Made by a program: the position numbers and the translations under genes
The notes under the pieces: generated by a model
Seen by the model: the letters and a program-made list of their open reading frames with translations, nothing else
Told to the model about the DNA's origin: nothing
Databases searched by the model: none
NCBI RefSeq assembly: GCF_041956535.1
Contig: NW_027192231.1
Span: forward strand, 21,488-85,487
Source: Calcarisporiella thermophila CBS 279.70
Lineage: Eukaryota; Fungi; Calcarisporiellomycota
Length of the DNA stretch: 64,000 bases
Reading direction: 5' to 3'
Shown: positions 1 through 13,737 of the stretch, piece after piece
Layout: each line of letters starts with the position of its first letter
Position numbering within the stretch: the first letter of the stretch is position 1

Positions 1-959
1 AATTAACGAATTTTTAAAAAATATATTAACAGTTGCAGATATTTCTGAAACCTGATTCTACAATTTCTAAATCTAGTATGTCTGCTCAGCCTTGGAATCT
101 CCCAACTCACCTTACTATCCAATATTTAACCCCTATTGGATGTCACTGCTACTCGGCATGTCTGAGTAATCATTACTGTATATTCCTTAGCGCAGGACTA
201 AAAATCAAAATATTTGCGCCATTAATACATAGCTACATCAGGCTATTATAGCTTATTTACTGTTTTTATATGTTGATCTGTTAACAATTCCAATAATATA
301 TCTACAAGCCTGCACAGTTTATTAACTTTGACTACTCTTGATTGTGTAAAGCTAGGTAAGTATATATACAATGATGAATATTCAATACAAACACCGAGAG
401 CTAAAAATAGACCGATAATAGGATAAATAGTAAGTTAATGCAAATTCTCGCCTGGATAAACGGCCTTCCATAAGATAAGTGTTCTCAAAATCATGTTAAT
501 ATTAAAATATACGTTTGTTTTAGAACTCAGTCTTTTATGTTTATTATGTGTATACATTTGAGAAGCGTTCTCGGTTTCCCCATATCTTTTTAAAACCCTT
601 ATTAGGGTTAACACGAATTTCCTTTTTTCGCCAACCATGTATAATTTTTCTTTTTACATATACAATATGTTGTTGATTGTTCTCTTGGCAGAGGCTTCTC
701 ACACGAATGAGTCACAAAATAAATAAAGAATAAACTAACAATATGCTAAGCAATGATGTGGACCTTTTATCAGCTGTAAACTTGTTACATTGCACTCTAC
801 TGGATACCTTATAAAAAGGACATTATTGGAATAGATCCTAGTTTTGCTTTTACTCAAAATATATTAGTAGTTGTTAGTATATCAAGAGGCCTCAGAGTTT
901 ATTGTTATTACCTATGGTTCTAATACTCTTTTTTTTTTGTTAGAGTAAAGTTTTTCGTT

Positions 960-1208
960 ATGAAGCCTCTCGGTATGCAGATCGCTTTTTGGATTGCGAC
1001 AACAGCTAGTGCGCTTAAATGGCAATGCACGGAGGAGGACGGTCTCTGCGATGGTGGCGTCTATCCCACCTATAAATGTGGCAAAAGTTGCGGCATAGGC
1101 TATTATCATTCAGGAGATAATTCGTATTGGTACCTCAATGGTAGCCCGAACCTGTCCTGTTTCGCAAGATGCTGCAAAAACTCCGGGAAAGGATATTGTT
1201 CTTGGTAA
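960..1208 (+). CDS. Small secreted cysteine-rich protein (82 aa, 8 Cys)
   Basis: ATG ORF with a hydrophobic N-terminus ending ASA (signal-peptide-like) and 8 Cys including a CC pair; TATAAAA at ~810; GC-richer than its flanks. Confidence 0.7.
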   Translation: MKPLGMQIAFWIATTASALKWQCTEEDGLCDGGVYPTYKCGKSCGIGYYHSGDNSYWYLNGSPNLSCFARCCKNSGKGYCSW

Positions 1209-1807
1209 TAAAACATTGAAAAGTCGCTCCTGAGAGTATTGGTTATGTGGAATTTTTCTACATTTGGTATACATTATTTAATAAAACCGCGTTCGTATTT
1301 TCGAAACTCGTATGTACGTAGCACCATTGTTATGAAAGACGTAGTGTAACTTTATGCAGCACTGAGATACAAGTGTGTTTATATTTACTGTATATATTAA
1401 TGCTAAGATAGCGCTAAATCTCGCAAAATATATATGAATTGTGGGAAAGAAATAAAGTGAATTCTGTTGATAATTTTATCCCTACTGAACTAAATAGGCA
1501 ATATTTTTAATATCTCAAGCTTACGACTTCGCTCTCGCTATATAAATACACTACTTCATAAATAAATACTGCTAATTTGATATGTTTATTAGTCTTGGGT
1601 ATTATATCCTGGTTCTTAGTATATGCCAATCCTTGGGTAGGAAAATATCACATAGCGTTAGCCCTAGAGTCTATTTGCATTTCAATAGTTTGTATGGTTT
1701 TGTTTGTATCATGTTTGAAGTTTCTCGGTACACCTAACCTTAAATAATTGTATTTTGCTAAACAGATACTCAAATAAAAAAGGAAGTAATAGTATACCAC
1801 AACGAAA

Positions 1808-3346
1808 TTACTCTTCAACAAGATCACACCCATCGGTTGTACTCTCAAGTGCTTCTACCACGTTGGATAAATTGCTTTCATCATCAGGTCTTGGATTTCT
1901 AACACTTGATACGTCCTCTTGGTAGGTTGCAACCGCATGGGCCATAGCTTTGGCATTAATAATTAAAGCTTTTTGACTAAGATTACTGACATCGTCACAG
2001 GCCCGGTGATAGCACCAATCGAAAGGCTCTCCAACCTTACCACCAAATTTTCTTGCTTGCTCTTGGGTCTTTCTCTTTTCAGCTCCGGTGTCGAGACCGC
2101 CCACGGCAATACGAAGCTTAGCAAAAGGGCCAACATCCGAGCGACTGAACGGGTACACTGCTGTCTGGTACACTTCTCTTTTTTTTTCGAAATAGTCTAC
2201 AAACATTTTGGTAACAGCATTTGATCCAGGAGGCAGAGGTGTACCGCGCTCATCACCATTATACACGCTGATAACATAATTAGGCGAAGCAATCATGTCG
2301 AAATTGAGCATTACTGCAATGTTTTTTACATCCTCATTGCTCAATTTACTGGTATAATACTTCGATCCCAATAATCCGCTTTCTTCTGCCGAGAACCAGA
2401 TGAAACGCACCTTATTCTTAGGTTTCGCGTCCTGCATTTGAAGCGCCACTTCTAGCAGTGCAAGTGTGCCAGATCCATTATCATTGAGGCCTGGGCCGGC
2501 TCTAACAGAATCTGAGTGTCCACCTAGCACCACCACATTCTTAGGATCCCCTTGCTTAGTCTCTGCAATGACATTATACGTTTTTATCGCCCTGGTTTCT
2601 TGGATCAAGGACAAATTTAATCTCAATTTATTTTTACTTGCCGCTCTGATAAGCTTCCTTCCTTCACCTTGAGATATACTCCCCACTGGAATCTTACTCC
2701 TATTGTCAGCACTTAATTTGCCCTTAATATCACCAGGCGTATTGTTGTAAATGATTACAGCAGCAGCTCCAGCTTTGGCGGCATTCTCGGTCTTAATATT
2801 GAAACTACATTCTCCACGTTCAATTAACGCAATTTTACCCCCTATGTCCACATGTTTGAAGTCTTCTTGATTACAGGCTGTAGATGATTTCTTGCCTTCT
2901 AAATCAGAAATTATAACTAGCTCTGCTGTGATGCCTTGCTTGGGGGTACTACCTCCAAATGCCATGGCAGCTATCGGCACATCTTTATCCATTGCCCCAC
3001 TAATCGTTAACTTCTGTTTCACTATCTCTGTAAAGCCAAACTCAAATGGCTGAAGTTTAACATCGTAGCCAGCTTTTGTAGTAATATTCTTGATATAATC
3101 GATTGTAAGCTGATGTCCTTTAGATCCGGCGACTCGGGTGTTCCCATTCGATTTAGCAAATCCGTAGAGATTTTGCGCATGACCCATAAGATTCTCGATC
3201 TTAATTCTGTTTATAAGCCATTCTGTATCGTTCCTTTTGCTCATAGGAGAAATATCAAAGGTCTCTGTTTTCCCAACCGCATTGGCGTCAGTCCGGGAGA
3301 GAAAGTAAAGAAGGGAAATCGATGAGCAAATTATCGATAATTGCAT
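1808..3346 (-). CDS. Secreted PA-domain M28 aminopeptidase (aminopeptidase Y/Lap2-like), intronless
   Basis: Signal peptide; PA domain (GKIALIERGECSF, AGAAAVIIYNN); M28 Zn-ligand motifs GHSDSV, NDNGSG, AEE, NFDMI, YH. Confidence 0.93.
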   Translation of the reverse strand: MQLSIICSSISLLYFLSRTDANAVGKTETFDISPMSKRNDTEWLINRIKIENLMGHAQNLYGFAKSNGNTRVAGSKGHQLTIDYIKNITTKAGYDVKLQPFEFGFTEIVKQKLTISGAMDKDVPIAAMAFGGSTPKQGITAELVIISDLEGKKSSTACNQEDFKHVDIGGKIALIERGECSFNIKTENAAKAGAAAVIIYNNTPGDIKGKLSADNRSKIPVGSISQGEGRKLIRAASKNKLRLNLSLIQETRAIKTYNVIAETKQGDPKNVVVLGGHSDSVRAGPGLNDNGSGTLALLEVALQMQDAKPKNKVRFIWFSAEESGLLGSKYYTSKLSNEDVKNIAVMLNFDMIASPNYVISVYNGDERGTPLPPGSNAVTKMFVDYFEKKREVYQTAVYPFSRSDVGPFAKLRIAVGGLDTGAEKRKTQEQARKFGGKVGEPFDWCYHRACDDVSNLSQKALIINAKAMAHAVATYQEDVSSVRNPRPDDESNLSNVVEALESTTDGCDLVEE

Positions 3347-4939
3347 TTTATAAAGAGAAATCGTTCAAATATTAGTACAATTTGGAGAGTAAAATGCTCA
3401 TAAATATAGTGAATAACTAACATTGAACAAAATACCGAGAAAATGGGCAAATATATATATATTTTACACTATATTTTTATAATGTTCAATTTAAACCAAA
3501 TTCAAAATTATAATTGCAAATGTATCACCCAAAAACTCGAGCTTAACTTCACAAGAATTTGATAGCTTACGTTATAGTCACAAAATGTAGAATAACCTCT
3601 ATATGCAATACTTCGACTTTCTTAGATTATATTCGAAATCTTTGGCTAGAATACCTAATTCTACTCCGATGCTGTTAGCTTATAGAACTCATTAAATAGC
3701 AAATGCCCATTTGTACACATGCTTGTTACATATCTCTCAATATAGAGATACATTTTATCTTTAATTAAATCATTGAAGATATTGTTCACTGTATGACTAT
3801 AAAAATAGTGCAATTAGGTTATGCGAAGTCAGCTGTCAAGTTATATCAATTTAACATTTTACACTTTTCTTATGTTATCGGACGATCTTTTACATCTAAT
3901 GAATCTCAGAATTAGTCAGAAGTTGCATATACAATTAATCACGGCTTCATTTCACGTTATAGTCAAATGCATTCGCAACTCCAGCTTAAATCATATTAAA
4001 AATATGAATTCATGTGTATTACATTTTTAGTAGATCGATACCAAGTGTACACTGAATATGCAAAAAATTGATTTTTTATTAAACTAGTATTCATTCCAAA
4101 GAAACTTTTCCACCTCTAACTCTTAGTTTATCTGATGTGTAAATTTTAGTGACTTTATAACTTCTCTATGAGACAGATTTTATATTAAAATTACTGCTTT
4201 TATATTGTGCATATCAGATTTAGTTAGGTAAACGGTATTAAAAAGAAAAAATCGCCTACCTCTCTTAATTTCTAGCCGCTAATATTAGTCGCTAATCCAG
4301 AAAATTTACTGGATATTATATTTGATAAATATACTATTTAGTAATAATTCCTAAAAAAATCATCAACTAATAGGATTATATGATACGAATTGCATGATGC
4401 TTATTCAAAATATGAATGCTTTGTCAGAAAAGTTCGAGTCAACTATATTTTTATTGATAATAACTAAAATGGATGCATACTATATGTTAAATCGTTTTCT
4501 AATAATATGCAGTAAATGTTTATAAGAACTGAATCCTAACAATCTAAATAAAAAGCTTTATTCCTTTTGCATATACCCGGTGCATATACATATATATACT
4601 GTATATATACCAATATTCTCATATGAGCTTAGTCGGCAAATTTTAGACGACTGTTTAAACCAAACTATAATAATATTTACTTAAGCCTGGTGTATCCGAC
4701 GACTTAAGAAAAATTAACAAGGCAAAGTCATCAGTACCCGCTTCAAATGCATGAATTAGACATATTTAGCATATCATTCATTTCAGTAGATAGTATATTA
4801 TTCGAGCTCCAAACTAGTATTTTTATTAATTGGATCGATATTAATGTGAAATAATACTAGTGTAAATATAAATATCCAGATATTGAAAGCAGGATTATTA
4901 AAAAACCCAACAATACATTGCATTCGAAAAATTAAGTAT

Positions 4940-7052
4940 CTAGTTAGAGCGTTTCACCTTCTGATCGAGCTGGCGAATATATTCGTCGTGCTTACGGTTG
5001 AAAAGGCGACTATGATGATATCCGTAGAAAATATAAATCAAAATACCGATTCCAAGCCATATTGCTACTCGGTAAATGGTGGTGGGTTCAGCGACTACGA
5101 TGAGTAGGAGACTGATACCTGCACCAATAATAGGGAAGATCATCCAAGTATAACCAGGTCCGGGAATTTTGAAGCGACGCGGAGAATCTGGATGTGTAAA
5201 GCGGAGCACGATAACACCCAAGTGAACAAGGAAAAAGGCGAAGAGCGTACCAACCTAACAAATTAGAGAGTGTGTTATATACTCAAGCCTAATTTTAAAT
5301 CAATAGGTCTCTTACTGAAGTCATGTTCGCCAATAGATCAACCGGGAGGAATGCACCAAGAAGACTCACACTAATTCCACTTAAAATTGTTGGTATATAG
5401 GGTGTGCGGAAACGAGGGTGAATTAGTGCGAATGGTGTCGGTAGCAAACCATCATGGGCCATACAATAAAATACACGTGATTGACTAAGCATGTTAATCA
5501 ATACTACACTGACGAGACCAAGTGAGGCACCAAGAGAAACGATGATCTTAATGGGATAGTCACTTAGAATTAATGCATTCACAATTTACAGTATACTAAT
5601 GAGCTTACCTTTAGCCAATTCATATGATCTGGTGTTGCAGAGATAATAGGGGCTGCCAAATCAAATTGCGTATATGGTTTTAAACCTGTCATCACAACAC
5701 CCATAACAATATAGAGGGCAGTGCAAATGACTAGCGATAGGCATATTCCAATTGGAAGATCTCGCTGTGGATTTTTTGCCTCTTGACCAGCAGTAGTGAC
5801 CATGTCTATATCATATTATTAGAATTTTAATATTTTGGTCGTACATTTGAGCAGTTTCATAAAGCCTACCAAATCCAATATATGCGAAAAATACTACCTG
5901 AGCACCAGCAAATATTCCTGATACGCCAAATTTATGCCAGTCGTTGTCGACAGGAGGTGGAATGAAAGGTTGCCAATTTTGTGGGTCGACAAATTTAGCG
6001 GTTGCAAATATGAACAAAAGAGCAACGCACACCTTTACGCCTACAAAAAAATTGTTGACAAATTTCGATTCCCTGATACCAACGACCAGTACCACAGTAA
6101 CAGCAAGTGGCAAAACGAGTCCTGGAAGATTGAGAATTCTGCCCGTATGTTTAAATTCTTGAGTGCCGTTCTCCTCCACGAACTCTATAGGAGGACCAAT
6201 AAGGCGTTCGTCAATCTGATAAATTTGAGAAAAAATATTTCGCAAAACAGATTAACTATGGGCCATTCAATGTTAAACGCTTAATAACGACTCACATTGC
6301 CACCACAGAGTTTAATAAACATGACAAAGTATTTGCTCCAACCAACACTCACTCCAGCAGCCCCAAATAGATACTCTACAATGAGGTCCCAGCCGATAAC
6401 CCAACCGAAAAACTCGCCAAGAGTTGAATAAGCGTAGGTATAAGCACTTCCCGAGACAGGAATCATACCTTTGATAAACAATAAGATTTATTTGCTGAGA
6501 GATTTTACTTTGAGATGATCATAAAACTTACATGCAATCTCGGAATAACTTAGAGCAGAAAAAGCGGATGCAATACCTGCAATAATAAATGATACCTAAT
6601 ATAAAATTGAATAGAATTATCGGCTAATTTGACACAAACTCATTATATTGAATCAAACGTACAGTAACGGATGGACCGGCCCTTGTTTTCGCTACAAGAC
6701 CTGCCATTACAAAAAGACCTACAATGATATTTTTTTGGGATAACCAATGTTTCTTGAGATAAAAGTTGTTATTATTCACAAAATACTTACCGGTACCAAT
6801 AATGGCTCCAATACCGACCATGGTTAAATCAAGCGCGGAAAGTTCCCTTTTTAATAAATTTTCCTCCCCTCCATCCTCTCCACTCATCCGGTCAATAGTT
6901 TTTCGAGTAAAGAGATGGCGAACAATGCGCCAAAAAGTAGGTAGATCTTTGTATTCCTCTCCGTATGTATTCTCCGTTGACCTTTCGGGCTTTTCATCAA
7001 TTACTGAGCTAGGAACTTCTACCTTATTTTCATTATACTCTTCCTTAGACAT
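4940..7052 (-). CDS. APC-superfamily amino-acid permease (cationic amino-acid transporter-like), multi-exon
   Basis: Exon fragments LKRELSALDLTMVGIGAIIGTG, GSAYTYAYSTLGE, FFAYIGF, EAKNPQRDLPIGI, IHPRFRTP, separated by GT-AG introns. Confidence 0.92.
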
Positions 7053-10000
7053 AATGTTCGATATTGGCTTCTCAGGCTCGGAAAAAAGAGAAAAGAAAAA
7101 AAAAAACGAGACAAAAGTCAGTTAGATCACTTATAAGGCTAAATTTATGTTGCAATAGAATACTTTGAATATCCAACACAATGTGGCTCCAACTCGAATT
7201 TTCCCAAAACGGGATTAACATTTTTATACTCAGTTGTTGAACAAGAATGATGATTTGTAATACAATGACATCTTTTGCCGTCATTGAACTTCACAATTAG
7301 GCACAAATTTTTCAAACACTGTTGATGTATTGATCGATGAGTGCAATGAGCTTGTTTTTTATACTCTGTTGGCTGTGATATGATAGTTGATTTTTTGATT
7401 TTACTAGGCTAGTTCGTTTGAGCAAACTCCGTCTTGCTATATAGTTTTTGAGCTGAACCGTTATAGAAAAAGACTACCAAGATGTTCATGTGAGACAACT
7501 TCATCCTAGATACCTTTTCTAGTCAAGTCTCGATTTTTTTTTCCAGCGTTGTTTGATATAGAACAAGATGAGCTATATTCTCAGTAAGTGCATACCAAGA
7601 AAGTTTTGGATTCCGCCTTTGCTTCGTTTTTTACATATATGGAATATTACTTGGCATCTAAGCATTCCCCGAGTACCAAAATTAAGAGGCTTTGGAAACA
7701 GTCGTTTTATGATATACATACCATAGATTACTAATGGTAGTGAATTTGGATTTTCGTATCATTACCCATTTTATTTTTTGAATAGTGTATTCATTCTGTA
7801 TGCTCCAGATGACATTAATGACGTACTACTCTTTCCTTAGATAAACGTGGCTTTGCAACATTTTAGAATATCAAAAAATGCGACAATTGTGCGAATTGGA
7901 ATTAAATTTCTCTTGGTCACATGCTATATAAGATATATATGGAAAAAAGTCAGCCCCGACAAAGAAGTTTTTAAAGAGAATAATCTCACCTGAGATGTTA
8001 AATCCGCTTGGAATATTGCGTCTTGGGGCGATGCACATTTTGAGTAAGTATATATGGAAAGTACAAATCGCAAATATCGATGAGATCTAAATAAGGCTGA
8101 ATACGTAATTGATCCTTTCCGATATATACACTGATATTTCAATTCAAAACTAAATGCTTATCGATTAGGTCAAATACAGGTAGAATGGCAATTTATTATT
8201 GTGATTGGAGAATCAATTCCCAAGTAATTTCGATATGATGCGTAGTTGACGGGCCGGCAAATAAGGACTTGAGTCCTTCAATATTTTTCAACTTGTAGAA
8301 TGCATATGCAATAAATGGCCACTTAATTTTTCGAAGAGATTGCGTACCAGTTACCTGTTAGAGACCTTTAACACCATGGTTTACATTAGTAATCCATTCC
8401 CATTTGAAACTTTTCTATATGCATCGCGTAATTCTTTTTCCATATTATCTAATATATTAATATAACTATCAAATGGGATATTTCCTATTAGGATATTTTA
8501 GTTAGGATAGTTCCAATTGATATATCCATTTACAAAACCCAACCTAATGTATATAAAAGTAACGATATGAACGCAGCCACATAAAAATCTGATACCAATA
8601 CTTGATGTCTTTAAATACAAGATACTATTATATCAACTCATTTAGATCTAATCTTCTCTGTTGTGATGAAAATTATTGACATTTATTTGGTTGGTTCATC
8701 AAAGCATACATACCAAACGATTTGATTGGATGCATAAACCAAATATGTGATTAATCTCTCTCAACCATTTGGAAAATGTATGTCATAAATTTGTTTGATT
8801 GTTGAATCTTGATTCAAAGCTTACGAATCCTTGGCTGATAAAGACATGGTAACTGTAGTGAATGTATGTTTACTAAATAAATTGATTTCTAATAATAGAA
8901 TATATGCTGGTAACTACAAGATTCTTTTATATATAATTATACAGCTTTTCCCGTACCAATCTCAATTTTATCTCTATGTCAGTGATATCATTTTTAATAC
9001 CTGTCTGGCGTTCATATACAATCTACTAAAGCTATATTTTTAGTGATTCTACTTATTTTCTGTGGCATAGTTCTCTGCTTTTCTCTGAATCTGACTACTG
9101 CGCTGATCCAATCAGAGAATGATCTCAAATGGTACCTATGCTGAGATACTTTAACGGGTAGTCAAAATGCTTTAGGATTTTCATTACTTTATTATATACT
9201 AACCATTCCCAAGTATGACCTACTAAGTAATTAGAGAGCTATTTTCAGAAATGTAAAGCTTGAATTAATGTAATTATAAATGATATTGTACGTATTTTAT
9301 GATGTTACATGATTTTAGCTGCTTGTGATTTACTATTCTTTACTTCCTAAGTATAGCTTTGTCCGTATAAACCAAACCTATTTGGTAGATGCATTGCAAG
9401 GTTAACTATTTTAAACTTTCAAGCCAACTAATTCTCTTACTAAGATGTTCAATCTCGTAATATATTTTCAAAAGTTCTAAGTATTTTGGACTTATAAGCA
9501 ATGGTGTTTTTCAAATAATTTTCTTTATACCATTTTCGTTCATATTCTTTCATTCTCGCATAAAATATTCTCACACCAATGAATAAAATGGGACTTTTAC
9601 ATTTTTTTAGTTTATTAACTGTACATTTTTTCTCGAAATTTGACGTCGCCATCAATGTTAAAGTACTGTAAATGTTATCCACTTATACTTCACTATTAAA
9701 TCGGATAATAGAAAACAGGTGGTATTAATGTATACCATTGGCTTATTCTATGTCCTCTTATCTCCCTCTACACCAAGCAAATTTAACTTCTCTAAGTTGT
9801 GTTGTGCTATTTCTTTTTTTTAGATACTAAGTGATAGTATATTTGGCACAAAGATGTCTTGATGTGGTTCCCATTAACCTAACCCCCCGAATCGAGATAT
9901 ATGTAAGCAAAAGTCGGGGCAATAAGTTTTCTTTTCCCGAGTTGAAAAATGGAAATAACAGTTCCGATATAGGCGTCTTGATATTAACTCAATTGCTTGT

Positions 10001-10744
10001 GGTCAAATAATCCTTTTGTGCACTCAATTACATATGAATGCAACTATTAAATAGCTTTTATTATATTTGATTGATTCACAATATTAACACATTTCCCTGA
10101 GATTAATGTTGAATTTATTTATCTGTCTTGTTAATTTAACTAAACATTTATAATTTTATTACATTGATCTAACTACTCCTATATTTATAAATTTTAATAA
10201 TACTAATTGTAATAGTTTTCACAACATGATAAAGTGTTTATTTTCCGAACTTGAGCCTTTGAATACAAAGAACATTCCCGGGAAAATCTCAAATTTCACT
10301 CCGCGCTAATCTAAATATTATGAGTAAGCATCGTGGTAACACAGTATTACCATCATTATTTAGACACTGGCCACCCAGAGCAGGGCGTTTATATTTTCAA
10401 TATACACTATTACCAATAGTTTTTAAATCCTTCATCATGTTGCTGTTTCTGTCCATTGCCTAATGTCCTGATGAGAACTTTGAGTATAAAATTTAGTCTA
10501 TTTTCAGCAATTTGTGTTCCAATAACATCTTACTTATCAAATATTTTTCTTGTACGAAACAACTCAATCGCACGTTTAATTTCTCAGGATTCAAAACACG
10601 ATATAAATAAAAAATGATTTGCACATTTGTTTACTTCTCGCTTGTTCCATTGAATATTGCCTACATTGACTTGTAGCTTTAATTTTTCCAAACCATTGTG
10701 GTGCAGAACACCAGATCTTTTACTGTCATTAAACATCATCAAAG

Positions 10745-12767
10745 ATGAAGTTCAAGATTATTTCGTTTTCGCTCCTTGCTTTTTCATTGCTCGCAAATTG
10801 TGTTAACATCGACTCTCCATCCTCTCCTTTCGCCGATTCCTACTCTGTTAACAAGGCATTAGAAGTTCCCAAAATCACTAATTTTGCTACGAAGAATGTC
10901 ACAAAACTCATTGCCCGAGACGATCCGATTGAAGAAGATACCACTACCTGCAAAAACTCTAGCATTTGCGAAAAACAAATTAAAGAGGCGATAAATGGTC
11001 ATATTACTCAAGAAAGCCCCTTGACTTGCGAAACCTGCGTTGCCCTCGAAGCTTCCATCAGAGCTCTCTACCGCATTAACAAAAAAGCACTCTTTAATGT
11101 CATGTATGACCTTTGTGGCCTTATTCCACTTTTTGATTCGGTTACTGTAGGTTGCTCTACATTTAATTTTTTTTCTGCATATTTTATATTTATCCTTACA
11201 GTGCAAAGGTATAGTTGACACACAAGGACCCGCTCTCTTTGACGTAATTAACAGATTCCGACTCCATGGTTACGATGGACATTTGCTTTGTGCCTCAATT
11301 TTTCGTGTTTGTCCGAATCCCAATCCAAATGGGAAGAAAATTGCTTTCCCGAAAACTAAACCAGCTGATGCCGCTCCCCCCAAGAATTCTGGCGAGACTA
11401 TAAAGGTTCTCCATCTTAGTGATTGGCATGTTGATAGCAAATATGAAGCTGGGTCAGATGCCTTTTGTAAACGAACCACTTGCTGTCGTGCTGATTCAAG
11501 TTCCAACCCTCCAAGAAGAGCTGCCAGTAAATGGGGCGATTATAGATGTGACACACCCCAGCTCCTTGCCGATAATCTAATTGAGAATGTACTCGAGTCA
11601 CATAAGATTAAGCTGGGATTCTTGACAGGTGACCTTGTTGCTCATGACATATGGGTCGCTAATGAGACCTCTCATCACAAAGATATACGACGCACATGGG
11701 ACGACTTGAACCAGAAATTGAGCAAGCATGTTGACACCTTCTTCCCAGTCGTTGGTAACCATGATTTTCTCCCATCGAATCTTGCACAGCCGAAATACTA
11801 TCCTAATGCACCTAAACGCGATCCTCAATACACATTTTTCGCGGACAACTGGAGGAAATTCTTGGATGACCCCACTACTAAAGAAGTTGTTGATAACACG
11901 GGTGCTTACTCGTTCAGCCCAAAAAACTATCCAAAGCTTAAAGTTATCGCCCTCAATACTAATTGGTGTTATAGCTTCAACTTTTACAACTTTTATCATG
12001 CCGAAGACCACCCAGACCCTAATTCTATGCTTGCTTGGGTTATTAAAGAGTTGCAACAAGCCGAAGATAACCGTCAACGTGTATGGATTCTTGGACACCA
12101 CCCAAGCGGACAAAAAGACTGCTTGTTCGACTACAGTCACCTGTTCTATCAGATAGTTCAGCGATATAGCCCCCATGTAATTGCAGGAATTTTTTTTGGA
12201 CACACTCATCGTGATGAATTTGAGGTGTTTTATGCAGACGAGAAAAAACGTGATGCAGAGAATGCACTAGCCGTTGCATATATCGGTCCATCTGTTACAG
12301 CTTACACACAAAAGAACCCAACCTATCGTGTGTATATGGTCGATACCCAATCTTTCTCAGTTGTGGATTCATACACCTATTTTACCGATATCTCTAAAGC
12401 TAAAGAGTGGGAAAATGAAAACAAGAAACCAGAATGGAAACTTGAATACTCAGCAAAAGACACTTATAGTTTTAACACCAAGCACAACCCACTTACTCCA
12501 GCATGGTGGCACAGTCTGACCCAGGAATTCGAGAAAAATGATGAACTGTTCCAAAAATACTTCCATTTCCGCTCTGGCTCAGCGGGTAGGGACGGAAAGT
12601 GCGATGAGGAGTGCAAAAAAGAGCTAATCTGCCAAATGCGTGCTGGCAAGACTGAGCTTGGCTGCTTCTCCAATGGTCCAATCGGTAGACGAGCATTGCA
12701 TACTGACGATCAGGAGGATGTACCTCTATGGAAACGCGATCTTTGTAGTGGTTTTCATGGCCACTAA
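10745..12767 (+). CDS. Secreted acid sphingomyelinase-like metallophosphoesterase with saposin-B domain (intron 11147-11201)
   Basis: Signal peptide; saposin-like CxxC...C pattern; DWH, GD, GNHD, GHH, GHTH metallophosphoesterase motifs; WGDYRCDTP; the GT-AG intron joins the two ORFs in frame. Confidence 0.92.
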
Positions 12768-13184
12768 AGCCTCTCTTTATCTTTAATTTCTTGAAAATTT
12801 CCTCTGCTGAAAATATAATAGACTTACCTGTCTTTCAAAAATATTTTATTTGATTGTGCAATTATAACGTTTAACAAAAATCTAATAAATGAAGCAGTAT
12901 GTGTTTATTTGTAGAAGTGTGGACTATATTACCATAGTGTAAAGCCGATAAAGTATCATTTGGTTGTCACATTAATACATTCGCGATTAAATATGAGATG
13001 AATTATAGAGTTAGAAATTTCACTCAGACTCTTCTGCACTCAATTGTGGTTTATCATGAATATTTTGATTTAGGTTTCCGACTCGTTCGCCATTATTACT
13101 TGTATTGCTTATAGTATTCTATCATTTAACGAGGAAATAATAGAGAATTATTTTTTTCCGTAGCACTCTCTTAATATAATAGAC

Positions 13185-13421
13185 TCAATTTACATCACCA
13201 ATCTGTTGGCTAGCGCCCACTTTGTTAGTGCCGCCGATAAATACGCCCAAACAGCGCTTTTCCAATTTATATACCCTGTGTCCTTTTACTTGGTTATCAC
13301 CCAAAATGTTGACATCCGAACTCTCACTGGATTGAGAACCGTAGCTGTTTAGCGGCATTGCCCTTACAATTGAAGCTGTTGCAAGAATGATGATAGGAAA
13401 AAAGATGTATTTGCATATCAT
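13185..13421 (-). CDS. Small secreted prepropeptide (78 aa) with a KR Kex2 site
   Basis: Signal peptide (FFPIIILATASIVRA/MP), Ser-rich spacer, LEKR followed by a 22-aa C-terminal peptide. Confidence 0.6.
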   Translation of the reverse strand: MICKYIFFPIIILATASIVRAMPLNSYGSQSSESSDVNILGDNQVKGHRVYKLEKRCLGVFIGGTNKVGASQQIGDVN

Positions 13422-13737
13422 GGCTTTTCGATTATCAAAATTGAAAGAGTGAAAAATTTTTCAGGATTAAAATTTGGATTAATATTTTGAGAGTGACCCT
13501 TGATTTCTTTCATTTATCCCTGCAACATTAGACGTTGACATGGTAATCTATTTATTTTTAAAATGATCTCCATCAGTAGCGTTTGGGAAAAAAAAAAAGC
13601 CAGCTTATATAGCTTTGCTATTCAATACTGTAATCACTTTATTTTGGGAAAGATTAATATGATGCAAAATTTTCACTGCAATACTATTCCCTGTAGTTAT
13701 TATTATATGCAGAATAACTGCGCAAATGAATCAAACT

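Noticed and set aside
7300-10700. Long AT-rich spacer with short ORFs
   Set aside because: No repeats, TIRs or protein motifs found by eye.
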